Shown here: piece after piece, positions 47,742 to 57,291 of the stretch
How positions within the stretch are numbered: position 1 is the stretch's first letter
Layout: each line of letters starts with the position of its first letter
NCBI GenBank assembly: GCA_041645165.1
Contig: JBAZQN010000006.1
Span: 4,933-68,932, forward strand
Reading direction: 5' to 3'
DNA from: Patescibacteria group bacterium
GTDB lineage: Bacteria; Patescibacteriota; Patescibacteriia; 2-02-FULL-49-11
Length of the DNA stretch: 64,000 nt
Program-made: the position numbers and the translations under genes
Notes under the pieces: model-generated
Databases searched by the model: none
Told to the model about the DNA's origin: nothing
What the model saw: only the letters and a program-made list of their open reading frames with translations

Positions 47742-48344
47742 TTACCCGGCAATTCCTGTGAAGAGACGGAAAAGGAATGCCATAAGCGGAAGAAGCGCGC
47801 TCGCGAAATAAAATATAAATAAAATAAAAAGCACGATGCCATACCGCTCAAAAGTGTGCTCCATCCCCCGCCAGGAATCCGGAAGGAGCGCGAATAATAT
47901 TTTCGAACCGTCAAGAGGAGGGATGGGCACGAGGTTAAACACCGCCAGCATCACATTCGCCCATACGCCTACGCTAAGTATTTCCAAAAAGGAGGATGAG
48001 GGAAGGAAACGGACTACCATGCCAAGGAACGCCGCGATTATGAAATTGGATGCAGGGCCTGCTATCCCGACAAGCGCGGGTCCCCATTTCTTATCTTTTA
48101 GATTATAGGGATTATAAGGGACTGGCTTGGCATAGGCGAATAAAAACCGCCCGCCCGTGGTAAACCACGCGATAAGCGGCAAAAGAATTGAACCCATGGG
48201 ATCAATATGCACGATTGGGTTAAGTGTAAGCCTTCCCAAATCCTTGGCGGTCGGATCGCCAAGCTCATTCGCCATCCATCCATGGCTGTACTCATGGATG
48301 ATCGCGCCCATGATGATGAAGATGAGAAACGCAATATCGGTCAT
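47742..48344 (-). CDS. site-2 protease family (M50) intramembrane metalloprotease
   Basis: HEYSHG (HExxH), …NLVPIPPLDGSKIL… (LDG motif), ~5 TM. Confidence 0.75.
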   Translation of the reverse strand: MTDIAFLIFIIMGAIIHEYSHGWMANELGDPTAKDLGRLTLNPIVHIDPMGSILLPLIAWFTTGGRFLFAYAKPVPYNPYNLKDKKWGPALVGIAGPASNFIIAAFLGMVVRFLPSSSFLEILSVGVWANVMLAVFNLVPIPPLDGSKILFALLPDSWRGMEHTFERYGIVLFILFIFYFASALLPLMAFLFRLFTGIAG

Positions 48345-48584
48345 ATCTCTACTCAGTTACCATTCCAATTCCGATTGTCATTCCAGACCGGGATCTGGAA
48401 TCCAGACAAAAAATAAGCAAACAAAACGATGTTTCATTTAACCGTTTAGCATTGCAGCCAATGTAACAATGTAACTATTTAACAGTTTAACAATTTCATT
48501 CTCAAGGTGTATATCAATCCTACCACTTCTCATGCAATCTCTACAAATTTGCCTTTTACCGCCAATTATGTTAACCTACCTTCA

Positions 48585-48635
48585 AGAGAAAATCGTCCCG
48601 CACTGCGGGACTCCGCAATTTTAATTTTCAACTTT
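48585..48635. repeat. family D hairpin core copy D5 (partial)
   Basis: gaaaatcGTCCCGCactGCGGGACtccgcaattttaattttc. Confidence 0.5.
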
Positions 48636-48687
48636 GTGATTATTAATTTTAGAGTTTAGAGCTTAGAATTTAGAATTTTTCAAGAAT

Positions 48688-48873
48688 ATGTCCCGCCGCT
48701 GTGATTTTTGCCTTCGTGGTCCTACCAAAATGACCACCCGCTCCCACTCGAATATTGCATCGAGGCGCTGGGTGTATATCAATCTCCAGCCCAAAACCAT
48801 TGACGGCAAGGGAGTCAAGATTTGTACGCGCTGCCTCAAGACGCAAGCCAAGAAGATGGTAACAAAATCATAA
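48688..48873 (+). CDS. rpmB: 50S ribosomal protein L28
   Basis: MSRRCDFCLRGPTKMTTRSHSNIASRRWVYINLQ…ICTRCLK matches the L28 pattern MSRxCxxCGK…RSHA…R.W.PNL. Confidence 0.7.
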   Translation: MSRRCDFCLRGPTKMTTRSHSNIASRRWVYINLQPKTIDGKGVKICTRCLKTQAKKMVTKS

Positions 48874-48973
48874 CTTCGAATTTTAAAATTCCAAGTTTAC
48901 CACCCGCATAAAGCGGGCTTTTTATTTATATTTATTGACATTATAGTGGTGTGTAGTAATATACCAAAAAATT

Positions 48974-49046
48974 GGCCTATAGCTCAACTGGTAGAGCAAT
49001 CCTTTAGGAAAGGATGGTTAGGGGTTCGATACCCTTTAGGCCGCCA
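48974..49046 (+). tRNA. tRNA with atypical anticodon loop UUAGGAA (nominal anticodon AGG). Identity uncertain; possible pseudo-tRNA.
   Basis: GGCCTATAGCTCAACTGGTAGAGCAATCCTTTAGGAAAGGATGGTTAGGGGTTCGATACCCTTTAGGCCGCCA. Good D- and T-arms. Acceptor has a T·T pair, position 8 is A, and position 34 is A. Confidence 0.55.
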
Positions 49047-49056
49047 AAAATAAATA

Positions 49057-49133
49057 GGCCCCGTAGCTCAATTGGTTAGAGTACCTGCTTGACATGCAGG
49101 GTGTTGGAGGTTCGAGTCCTCCCGGGTCCACCA
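49057..49133 (+). tRNA. tRNA-Val (anticodon GAC)
   Basis: GGCCCCGTAGCTCAATTGGTTAGAGTACCTGCTTGACATGCAGG…GGAGGTTCGAGTCCTCCCGGGTCCACCA. One C·U in the acceptor stem. Confidence 0.75.
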
Positions 49134-49141
49134 AAAAAACT

Positions 49142-49219
49142 GCGCCCGTAGTTCAACTGGTTAGAACAATGGCTTGGTAAGCAGTAGGTTGGGGGTTCGA
49201 ATCCCCTCGGAGCGCTCCA
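49142..49219 (+). tRNA. tRNA-Thr-like (anticodon GGU), with a bulged acceptor stem and one anticodon-stem mismatch
   Basis: GCGCCCGTAGTTCAACTGGTTAGAACAATGGCTTGGTAAGCAGTAGGTTGGGGGTTCGAATCCCCTCGGAGCGCTCCA. Confidence 0.55.
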
Positions 49220-49226
49220 TAAAGCT

Positions 49227-49303
49227 GTGCCCGTAACTCAGCAGGTTAGAGTAATCGCCTGATAAGCGGGAAGTCGTAGGTTCGAACCCTACCGGGCACA
49301 CCA
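49227..49303 (+). tRNA. tRNA-Ile (anticodon GAU)
   Basis: GTGCCCGTAACTCAGCAGGTTAGAGTAATCGCCTGATAAGCGGGAAGTCGTAGGTTCGAACCCTACCGGGCACACCA. Confidence 0.8.
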
Positions 49304-49549
49304 TACAAAAGGCCATCATTTACATGATGGCCTTAAAATTTTTTAAACCACAAACCCGCCTCATATCTGGCGGGTTCCTGATTATTACACTGAAACCGAT
49401 CTACAGTTTTCAGATTTATCTCTCTCGCATATCTTAGACTTAGCTTGAACTTTTTTCGAGCGAGAGTTCAAAGGAATTTTAAAGGAAAAAACTGAACTGA
49501 AATTTCCCAAAACCGCTTTCGGGCGGCGGCGAGGCCTCAAAATCGCATA

Positions 49550-52285
49550 TTATTGTTTAAGAATATCTCCCAGTTGCCTTATTGCCTCGCCGTAGCGCGC
49601 CCAATCACCATCCCTTTGCGCTCGAACGGCTTCCTCATACGCTCCTAAGGCTCTTCGTATACGCTCCGGAATATCTTGAGGTGGTATTCCACCTGAGGCG
49701 GACGGTTTTGTTGTCGCGGACCCTTGCGGCTTTACTCCCGCTCCACTGCCAAAAATTTTCGATAACCCCTCCTCCAGCGTCTCTTCCATGGCAATTTTAT
49801 TTTCATACGCCACAACCACCCTTTTTAACTCGGGGATTTTTCCGGCTTCGGCCTTGAGATAGAGCGGGCGCACATACAAGAGCGATTCCTCAATCGGAAT
49901 AACTAAAAGTGGGCCTTGGATTACTTGCGACCCGCCTTGACTCCAAAGCGAGATCTGCTGACTAATCACCGGGTCCTGGTTGATGCGGCCGATGATCTGC
50001 TTTGGTCCGAACACAAGCTTGTCTTTAGGAAAACGATAGACCAACAACTTGCCGTAGTTTTCTCCATCGTTACGGGCAACCATCCAGGCGGACAGGTTGT
50101 CTTTTGCGCGGGGAGTAAAAGGCAGCATCAAAATATATTCCTCTTTTTTCTCTCCCGGCAACTTCATAATAATATGCCGTGGTTGCATCGGCGGAATCCC
50201 GCTCCCACGGGACGCCCCCTCTCCTTCTGACGCAATGGCCGGAATTTCCCACTGGTCTTCTTTGTTGTAAAAAATCTGTGGATCATCCATGTGGTAGACC
50301 GAATACGCGGCAGTCTGCAGGGTAAAGATATCTTCGGGATAGCGCAAATGAGAAACAAGGTTCTCTGGAATTTCTGACATCGGTCGGAATGTTCCGGGGA
50401 AAATCGTGGCGTATGTTTTTAAAATCGGGTCCTCTGTGTCCGCTTGATAGAAAACGACACTGCCATTATACGCATCAACCACCACTTTTACCGAGTTTCT
50501 CACATAATTTACACTCTTGCCATTCAACAACAACGGTTGGGAATAGGGATAACGGTCGCTCGTGGTATAGGCATCGGCGATCCAATACACCTTGCCGTCG
50601 GCAATAACGATATAAGGGTCTCGGTCAAAGGTCAAAAACGGCGCGATTTTGGCGATTCTTTCGGCAATAGTGCGGTAATACAGAATACGACTCTCACTGG
50701 TTATGTCGTTAGACAAAAGCAGTTTAAGCGATTGGAATTTCACTGCGTAAAAGACACGCTTGATGAAAGAGTTCATCTCCACCCCACCCGTGCCTTCATA
50801 TGTTGCGTAGACATTTTCTTCGCCTTTTGGATAGTTGAACTCGAGAGATTTGGTTTTTGCGATGACGTAGTCGTTTGAAAGCTCGCCGAAGTAGATCTCA
50901 GGACGCGAGATTTTCAGTTCATCCACATCAGATTTGGGCGGCAAATCCTTAACGAATAAAACCGGCAATCCTTCCTGGGTGACTTGATTCATCGGCCCGG
51001 CCGCTATGCCATAGCCGTGCGTAAACGTCAGCCGTTCATTGATCCAGTTCCTGTTCGGCAGGCTGGCCGAAGACAACTCCCGCGGAGAGAGCATAATCTG
51101 GCGAATTTCTCCATCTATGATATAGCGATCATTATCAACTTCGGCAAACTCGTAATAAGTTCTGATTTCCTGTATCTGGGAAAAAGTTGACAAAAGGGGC
51201 TTCCTGTCCCAAAGCCGCATGTTTTTAACCGTGAGATTGTTGGCCGAGATATCAGTGCTGGTTATGGGCTTATCTCCCGAGATTTCTCGTTCCTCGATTT
51301 TATCAAGAGCAAACGCCTGACGGGTAGCGGCGATATTATACTTAATAAACGGCGTTTCTTTTACCAGCTCATTGGGGGCAACCACCAATTTTTGAACAAG
51401 GGAAGGGATTACTGCTCCCGCGAATCCCACGACAACATAAAGAGAAACTGCTCCGACAAGCAGTGACAACTTTCCCTTCCATACCCAAAAGACGACCGAA
51501 ACTGCCGCAAGTACAGCCGTAACCATTGAGATCCAAAGCATGAGTATTCTCACGGTTGCGTCTGTGTACGTCGCGCCAAATACTAAACCATCCTGACTCG
51601 CGAGCAGTGTAAAGCGAGAAAGGTAGACCCCGGCGGCAATGGTTGAGAGAATTATTGCGAGCAAGATGCCAAGATGAATTCTCGCCGCGCGTTCAATTCG
51701 CATTTGTTTAAGTAATTGTAGACTTGCGACATAAAGGCTGCCTCGCAAAAAATATATGATCGCACAGCCGATCAGCGTCAAGATAACGAGTGTTTTCGCG
51801 AGACCAAGACCCGCTTGTAAAACAGGGAGAGAGAAGACATAAAATCCGATGTCTTTATTAAAGATAGGGTCTGTCGCGCCAAAAGCCGCGCCTGAAATAA
51901 ATTTTAATACCTCCTGCCAATTGGCCGCCGCCACAAGTCCGAAAAAGAGCGCGATTGCCACGCTCAACACAACGGCCAATTTTTTAACAATGCGATTGTT
52001 CAAATCCACCGGCCGGCCGATTAACGCCTCCGGCAAAATTGCCGTCCAAGAGATTTTTGAGCGGATTGCTAAAGAGAAGTTGATAAACAAAAAAACGGCG
52101 GCAAAAATTCCCGCTACCGAAAACAACGCTATTTTAGCGATCAGAGACTTAATAAAGATTTGAGTGTAGCCAACCTCGGAGAACCACCACCAATCAGTAA
52201 CAAAGGCGACAATGCTTGAAAAAAGGATAAAGACAACAAAAAGCCCAATAAAGGAGATTCGTGTGAGGTACTTTGGAATAGTCAT
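49550..52285 (-). CDS. UPF0182-family large membrane protein
   Basis: 911 aa. N-terminal ~280 aa has 7 TM helices, followed by a large extracytoplasmic domain. Typical UPF0182 architecture. Confidence 0.7.
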   Translation of the reverse strand: MTIPKYLTRISFIGLFVVFILFSSIVAFVTDWWWFSEVGYTQIFIKSLIAKIALFSVAGIFAAVFLFINFSLAIRSKISWTAILPEALIGRPVDLNNRIVKKLAVVLSVAIALFFGLVAAANWQEVLKFISGAAFGATDPIFNKDIGFYVFSLPVLQAGLGLAKTLVILTLIGCAIIYFLRGSLYVASLQLLKQMRIERAARIHLGILLAIILSTIAAGVYLSRFTLLASQDGLVFGATYTDATVRILMLWISMVTAVLAAVSVVFWVWKGKLSLLVGAVSLYVVVGFAGAVIPSLVQKLVVAPNELVKETPFIKYNIAATRQAFALDKIEEREISGDKPITSTDISANNLTVKNMRLWDRKPLLSTFSQIQEIRTYYEFAEVDNDRYIIDGEIRQIMLSPRELSSASLPNRNWINERLTFTHGYGIAAGPMNQVTQEGLPVLFVKDLPPKSDVDELKISRPEIYFGELSNDYVIAKTKSLEFNYPKGEENVYATYEGTGGVEMNSFIKRVFYAVKFQSLKLLLSNDITSESRILYYRTIAERIAKIAPFLTFDRDPYIVIADGKVYWIADAYTTSDRYPYSQPLLLNGKSVNYVRNSVKVVVDAYNGSVVFYQADTEDPILKTYATIFPGTFRPMSEIPENLVSHLRYPEDIFTLQTAAYSVYHMDDPQIFYNKEDQWEIPAIASEGEGASRGSGIPPMQPRHIIMKLPGEKKEEYILMLPFTPRAKDNLSAWMVARNDGENYGKLLVYRFPKDKLVFGPKQIIGRINQDPVISQQISLWSQGGSQVIQGPLLVIPIEESLLYVRPLYLKAEAGKIPELKRVVVAYENKIAMEETLEEGLSKIFGSGAGVKPQGSATTKPSASGGIPPQDIPERIRRALGAYEEAVRAQRDGDWARYGEAIRQLGDILKQ

Positions 52286-52414
52286 AATGATTATATTATA
52301 GAAAATTTTTCCTCAGTTGTTAATATCCACCCGCAAGCGGCGCGACAAAGGCGATAATTAGCAGAACAATCACGGTAATGAAAATAATTCTTTTGACCTT
52401 GTCAGACATAAAAT

Positions 52415-53455
52415 TTATTGGCTTTCGCGCTCTTTATGAATCATAATATAGATTTCGAGGAAGGTAAAGAGCAGGTTTAAGACGAGAGGCCCTAATAAGA
52501 ATCCGAGAGGTCCAAAAAAGCCGATGCCGCCCAAGATAGAAAGTAGAATCAGAAATGGATGGAGCTGTGTTCCTCGTCCAACGAGCTTCGGTCCCAAAAA
52601 GTTGTCAACGAGTCCCACGGCTGTCATTCCCCAAAGCAGAAGGCCGACCGCGAAAAACATTTCTCCGCTGAAGTATAGGTAGAGAATCGCCGGAAGAAGC
52701 ACTAAAGCCGTCCCAATACCGGGGATTAACGCGGTGATTGCCGCAACACTACCCCACAGCGTCGCATTGGGAACTCCGAAGATGGCGAATCCGACCGCGG
52801 TTAGTATGCCTTGAATGAACGCCACCATAAGACTCCCTTTGATGACTGAATTAATTGCCAGCGCAAGCTTATTGAAAATTGTTTCATCGTGAATATCTTG
52901 CAGGGGGCTTAAAGCGACGACGGCCTCTTTGAGTTTGCGACCATCCTTAAACAGATAATACAGAGCGACGAGGAATATAAAGATTCCAACCATTGCTTTT
53001 GCAACATTCGCAAAAAGAGGTCCGAGGTGCTGGAGTAACCAGATTAATCCCTGTTTTAAGTACGGGTTAATATCAATGGAGAATTCTATTGGCACAGGAG
53101 AAAATCTCGTGAGGTTCTGCATGGCATCATTCACACCGCGAGAGAGATCCGTTATGTCGTCGCTTTGTGTAAGAAAAGAGTGAAGCTGTGTTGCTTCCTG
53201 AAAAATCTGTATGCCTAAAAATGCGAGAGGTACGATAACAACGATAAGAACAGAGATGGTGGCGAGAAGCGCCGCCAGACCCCTTCGCTCGCGCGTAATG
53301 GTGAGCGTCTTTTTGTGGAATGGCGCAAAGACGGTTGCAAAAACCATGGCCAAGATAAGCGCATAAAGAAAAGGCTTAAAAATGAAAAGGGCAAGGACAA
53401 AAATTCCTGCGAGTAGAATGAGTAAAAAATAAAATTCTGATTTTTGGTGTTTCAT
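52415..53455 (-). CDS. AI-2E family transporter (PerM/UPF0118-like permease)
   Basis: 8 TM. Annotated start at MKHQKSEFYFLLILLAGIF… The tracked ORF has an extra 21-aa lead-in. Confidence 0.7.
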   Translation of the reverse strand: MKHQKSEFYFLLILLAGIFVLALFIFKPFLYALILAMVFATVFAPFHKKTLTITRERRGLAALLATISVLIVVIVPLAFLGIQIFQEATQLHSFLTQSDDITDLSRGVNDAMQNLTRFSPVPIEFSIDINPYLKQGLIWLLQHLGPLFANVAKAMVGIFIFLVALYYLFKDGRKLKEAVVALSPLQDIHDETIFNKLALAINSVIKGSLMVAFIQGILTAVGFAIFGVPNATLWGSVAAITALIPGIGTALVLLPAILYLYFSGEMFFAVGLLLWGMTAVGLVDNFLGPKLVGRGTQLHPFLILLSILGGIGFFGPLGFLLGPLVLNLLFTFLEIYIMIHKERESQ

Positions 53456-53607
53456 GTTATTTTTTCTTCCAAAATTTAAATTTATTAAAAAGTAAAATTC
53501 GCCAGCCCAATAATTCAAGACCGATAATTGCTAGCCATGAACCGGGAGTGAGCGGAGTAAAAAAAGCGGCAAGTCCTATTAGCACCAAAACAACGCCGAT
53601 GGGTTTC

Positions 53608-56325
53608 TTAATTTTTTGCATTTTCATTGCTTGTTTCTCGTCTTCGTAACAGTCCTTTCGTTATTTCCAATATCGGCACCACCGTTGCCGCCGCGCCCGC
53701 AACTATTGCCCAATCAGCGTACGATAAAGCCACGGTCTTAAACGGCACTTGAAGAAAAGGTACATAGATGACGAGCGCCAATAGAAGTAGCTCCCACGCA
53801 ATAGCGAGGTTCAGCCACCGGTTGGCAAATGGTCGGCGCAATACCGAATAGTGATCCGAACGGAAACTGTATGCCTTGAAAAATTGAATGAGCACCAGCG
53901 AGACAAATACCATCGCCATACTCGCGACCAAATCCCGACCAGACTGCAAAGCCCAGACAAACAGACCGACATTGACGAGTGTAGACCATACCCCGCCCGT
54001 GACCATCAGCGTAACAACGGAGCGGCTGAAAATTCCGCCAGTCAATTTGCGCGGGGAACGTCGCATGATATTAGCCTCGGGCGGATCCACGGCCAGCGCC
54101 AAAGCAGGCAGGCCATCCGTGGCAAGATTCACGTATAAAATCTGCACTGCTGAGAGTGGTAAGGGCAATCCCATAAGCGACGTCACCACCATCAGTCCGA
54201 TTTCGCCGATGTTTGATGAAATCAAATACATGAGGTATTTTTTTATATTGCTAAAGATAATCCGCCCCTCCTCCACCGCGGCAACAATGGAGGCAAAGTT
54301 ATCATCGGTCAATATCATGGCCGCCGCTTCTCTGGAGACATCAGTACCAGTAATACCCATGGCAATGCCAATATTGGCTTTCTTGATGGCCGGAGCGTCG
54401 TTGACGCCGTCGCCCGTCATAGCCACAATATGGCCGCGACGTTGCAGGGCCTCTACCACTCGCAGTTTGTGTTCGGGCGATACCCGAGCGCAGACGGCGA
54501 TGTGCTCAATACTTTGTTCTAGCTCGTTATCGCTCATCGCGGAGAGATCGCTGCCAGTAATCACTCGGCCACCGAGGGGCAAAAGGGTCAGTTCCCGCGC
54601 AATTGCCTTAGCCGTCACCGGGTGGTCACCGGTGATCATCATGAGTTTAATTCCGGCCTGTCGACAAAGCTCAATGGCCTGTTTCGCCTCCAGCCGGGGC
54701 GGATCAATCATGCCAAAGAGGCCCAGGAAAATCATATCTCGCTGCGCCAGCTCAATATCAGTGGCCGGAACATACGCCACTCCAATGACTCGAAGAGCTT
54801 CCTCGCCAAAGGTCTGCGTAGCGGCAAGGATAGCAGTGCGCACTTCCTTGGTGAGCGGTTGCACTTCTCCGCTTGTTTGGTAACGAGTGCAGGAGGCGAG
54901 AATAATTTCAGCCGCTCCCTTCCCGTACGCCACCGTGCCAAGGGGCGATTGGTGTAGTGTGGTCATTCGTTTACTTTCGGAACTAAAGGGGATTTCGGCC
55001 ACGCGCCGAAACTGCTCATCCATGAATTCTTTTTGCAGTCCCGCTTTTTCTGCCGCCACGACCAACGCTCCCTCGGTGGGGTCGCCTTTCAAATCCCAAA
55101 CGCCATCGGTTTTCGCAAGGCGAGCGTCCGAAGAGAGCGCGGCTGCTTGGAGTAAAAGCCGCAGGTTGTCCGTCAACGGATAGGGCTGACCTTGCCATAG
55201 AAATTCTCCTCTTGGCTCATATCCGCTGCCGCTCACCTCCAGCACAATTTCGCCATTTAAAAAAATTTTTCGCACGGTCATTTCGTCTTTGGTAAGCGTA
55301 CCTGTTTTATCCGAGCAGATAATGCTTGTGCATCCCAGGGTTTCTACCGCCGGCAAATGCCGCACCAGGGCGTTCCGTTTGACCATTCGTTGCACGCCAA
55401 TGGCGAGCGAGATCGTCACCACCGCGGGAAGCGCCTCAGGCACTACCGCGACGGCGAGTGCAATACCAAAGACTATCATCTCAAGTAGCGGTTGCCCTCG
55501 GAATAACCCGAGCAGTACGATACCCGCCACCACCGCAAAAGCGGCTTTGGTCAGGGTTTTCGCCACGCGGTCCAAATTTTTTGCTAAAGGAGTTTCTTCC
55601 TGCTCCACACTTTGGAGCATCCCCGCAATACGGCCAAATTCTGTCTGCATACCAGTGGCAGTAACTATGGCTCGTCCACGACCGTAGATAGCACTGGTAC
55701 CTGCAAAAACCATATTGCGACGATCCCCGAGTGGAGATCCTTCCTCACAGGTAAGCTCACTATGTTTTTCTACAGGTACAGATTCACCGGTTAATGCCGC
55801 TTCTTCCGCCTTTAGATTCACTGCTTCAATTAAACGAGCGTCAGCCGGGAAGCGATCGCCGGTCGCAAGCACAATAATGTCGCCTGGCACGAGCTCTTGG
55901 GCAGGCACTTCTCGCTCCAATCCATCGCGGAAAACCAGAGCTATTGGTGCGGCGAGCCTGCGCAGCGCTTCAAGCGCCCGCCCGGCGCGCCACTCTTGAA
56001 CAAAACCCAGGACTACGGCAAAGAGTATAATCACCCCAATAGCGATCGCTTCCACCACATGGCCCAAAATACCAGAGAGCGCCGTGGCGACAAGTAGAAT
56101 AAGAATTAAGGAATTCTTGAACTGATGAAGAAAGAGTGTAAATGGCGAAATTTGGGCGGCGGCAATAAGCTGGTTGGGACCATACTGTTGAAGACGAGTT
56201 TGTGCTTCAACATCAGATAATCCAGTAGTTCCGTCGGTCTTGAGTTCAGCGATAGCAGTGGCAGCGGTAAGGGCATGCCAGGGACGGCGGTTTGCTTCAT
56301 TATTGCCTAAATTCTTATGATGCAT
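53608..56325 (-). CDS. cation-transporting P-type ATPase (second P2-type paralog)
   Basis: ICSDKTGTLT, MITGDHPVTAKAIA, MTGDGVNDAPAIKKANIGIAMG. 905 aa. Confidence 0.9.
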   Translation of the reverse strand: MHHKNLGNNEANRRPWHALTAATAIAELKTDGTTGLSDVEAQTRLQQYGPNQLIAAAQISPFTLFLHQFKNSLILILLVATALSGILGHVVEAIAIGVIILFAVVLGFVQEWRAGRALEALRRLAAPIALVFRDGLEREVPAQELVPGDIIVLATGDRFPADARLIEAVNLKAEEAALTGESVPVEKHSELTCEEGSPLGDRRNMVFAGTSAIYGRGRAIVTATGMQTEFGRIAGMLQSVEQEETPLAKNLDRVAKTLTKAAFAVVAGIVLLGLFRGQPLLEMIVFGIALAVAVVPEALPAVVTISLAIGVQRMVKRNALVRHLPAVETLGCTSIICSDKTGTLTKDEMTVRKIFLNGEIVLEVSGSGYEPRGEFLWQGQPYPLTDNLRLLLQAAALSSDARLAKTDGVWDLKGDPTEGALVVAAEKAGLQKEFMDEQFRRVAEIPFSSESKRMTTLHQSPLGTVAYGKGAAEIILASCTRYQTSGEVQPLTKEVRTAILAATQTFGEEALRVIGVAYVPATDIELAQRDMIFLGLFGMIDPPRLEAKQAIELCRQAGIKLMMITGDHPVTAKAIARELTLLPLGGRVITGSDLSAMSDNELEQSIEHIAVCARVSPEHKLRVVEALQRRGHIVAMTGDGVNDAPAIKKANIGIAMGITGTDVSREAAAMILTDDNFASIVAAVEEGRIIFSNIKKYLMYLISSNIGEIGLMVVTSLMGLPLPLSAVQILYVNLATDGLPALALAVDPPEANIMRRSPRKLTGGIFSRSVVTLMVTGGVWSTLVNVGLFVWALQSGRDLVASMAMVFVSLVLIQFFKAYSFRSDHYSVLRRPFANRWLNLAIAWELLLLALVIYVPFLQVPFKTVALSYADWAIVAGAAATVVPILEITKGLLRRRETSNENAKN

Positions 56326-56327
56326 AG

Positions 56328-56546
56328 TTAGTTTTTGATTAAATCATCAACGCCAACATCCAACGCTTTGGCGATTCTCGTTAGTGTTTCAATAGTTGGG
56401 TTTGGGTTTGCTCCCGATTCCACTGTAACCACGGTATTAAGCGACAAATCCGCCAGCTTGGACAGGCGATCTTGGGAAATACCTTTGTCCTGCCGGATTT
56501 TCTTCAAGTTTTTGGCTATTTTTGAACCTTGATTATTATTTGACAT
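56328..56546 (-). CDS. XRE-family helix-turn-helix transcriptional regulator
   Basis: 72 aa. …LKKIRQDKGISQDRLSKLADLSLNTVVTVESG…. Confidence 0.75.
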   Translation of the reverse strand: MSNNNQGSKIAKNLKKIRQDKGISQDRLSKLADLSLNTVVTVESGANPNPTIETLTRIAKALDVGVDDLIKN

Positions 56547-57026
56547 AGGTCTTTGGAAGATATACCATTATATTGTATAGGTTAAAAAGTATCCTTTTAC
56601 TTTCATCAATTACAATGATAACAAATTTCAAAAGACTTGTCCAAACAAAAGGGAGTTCCTACTTGTCGCCCGCGCACGGGAAGGGTGGGGCAAGGGCGAC
56701 TATTCTTTTTCTTTTGGACCCGCCGCCCGAAAAATCCGCTGGGGGTTTCCAGCAGGTGGGCAAAAAGGAAGGGGGTTGGGGGGAAGGAATTTTTGCCCAT
56801 CTGCTCTCCGCGCCGAAGGCGCGGCTGAGGTGGGAGCGGCTCCGCTCTCTTGCTCCTTCAAGAGAAGCAAAGCAAAACATTTTTCAATTCCTTTTAGAAG
56901 AAAAAGGGTCGCGCACCAAAATTGAAAAAAGAGAAAAATGTTTTGCTTCGCGCCGCCGTCAGGCGGGCGGAGCCGCAGGACGGGTCAGTTTCGTTCAAAG
57001 TAGGTTCGCACTGCGTTCAGTAATTG

Positions 57027-57175
57027 CGACCAAGTTAGACATTGACAGTTTTCGGAAGAAGGTACGCGCTCGCTTCGCTCGCGCGCTGGGGGGATTTTAT
57101 TCTGATTTTCCGCCACAATCCGCCATTCGCCCGACCAATCCCAGCCGACTTTTTTGGAGAGCAGGCGGCGGTTCG
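57027..57175. repeat. perfect 149-bp inverted repeat, left copy (IR-L), immediately upstream of the serine recombinase gene
   Basis: Reverse complement of 57027-57175 is identical to 58661-58809. Confidence 0.85.
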
Positions 57176-57291
57176 GGTGCGCGAAGCGCACAACAAATGA
57201 AATTTGTATCCAATTTTTTCCTTTCCGCCAAAGGCGGAATACGAAGCCAGTTTTTTAATCCCGCGCTTTACGGCCAAAGGCGACTAACAAT

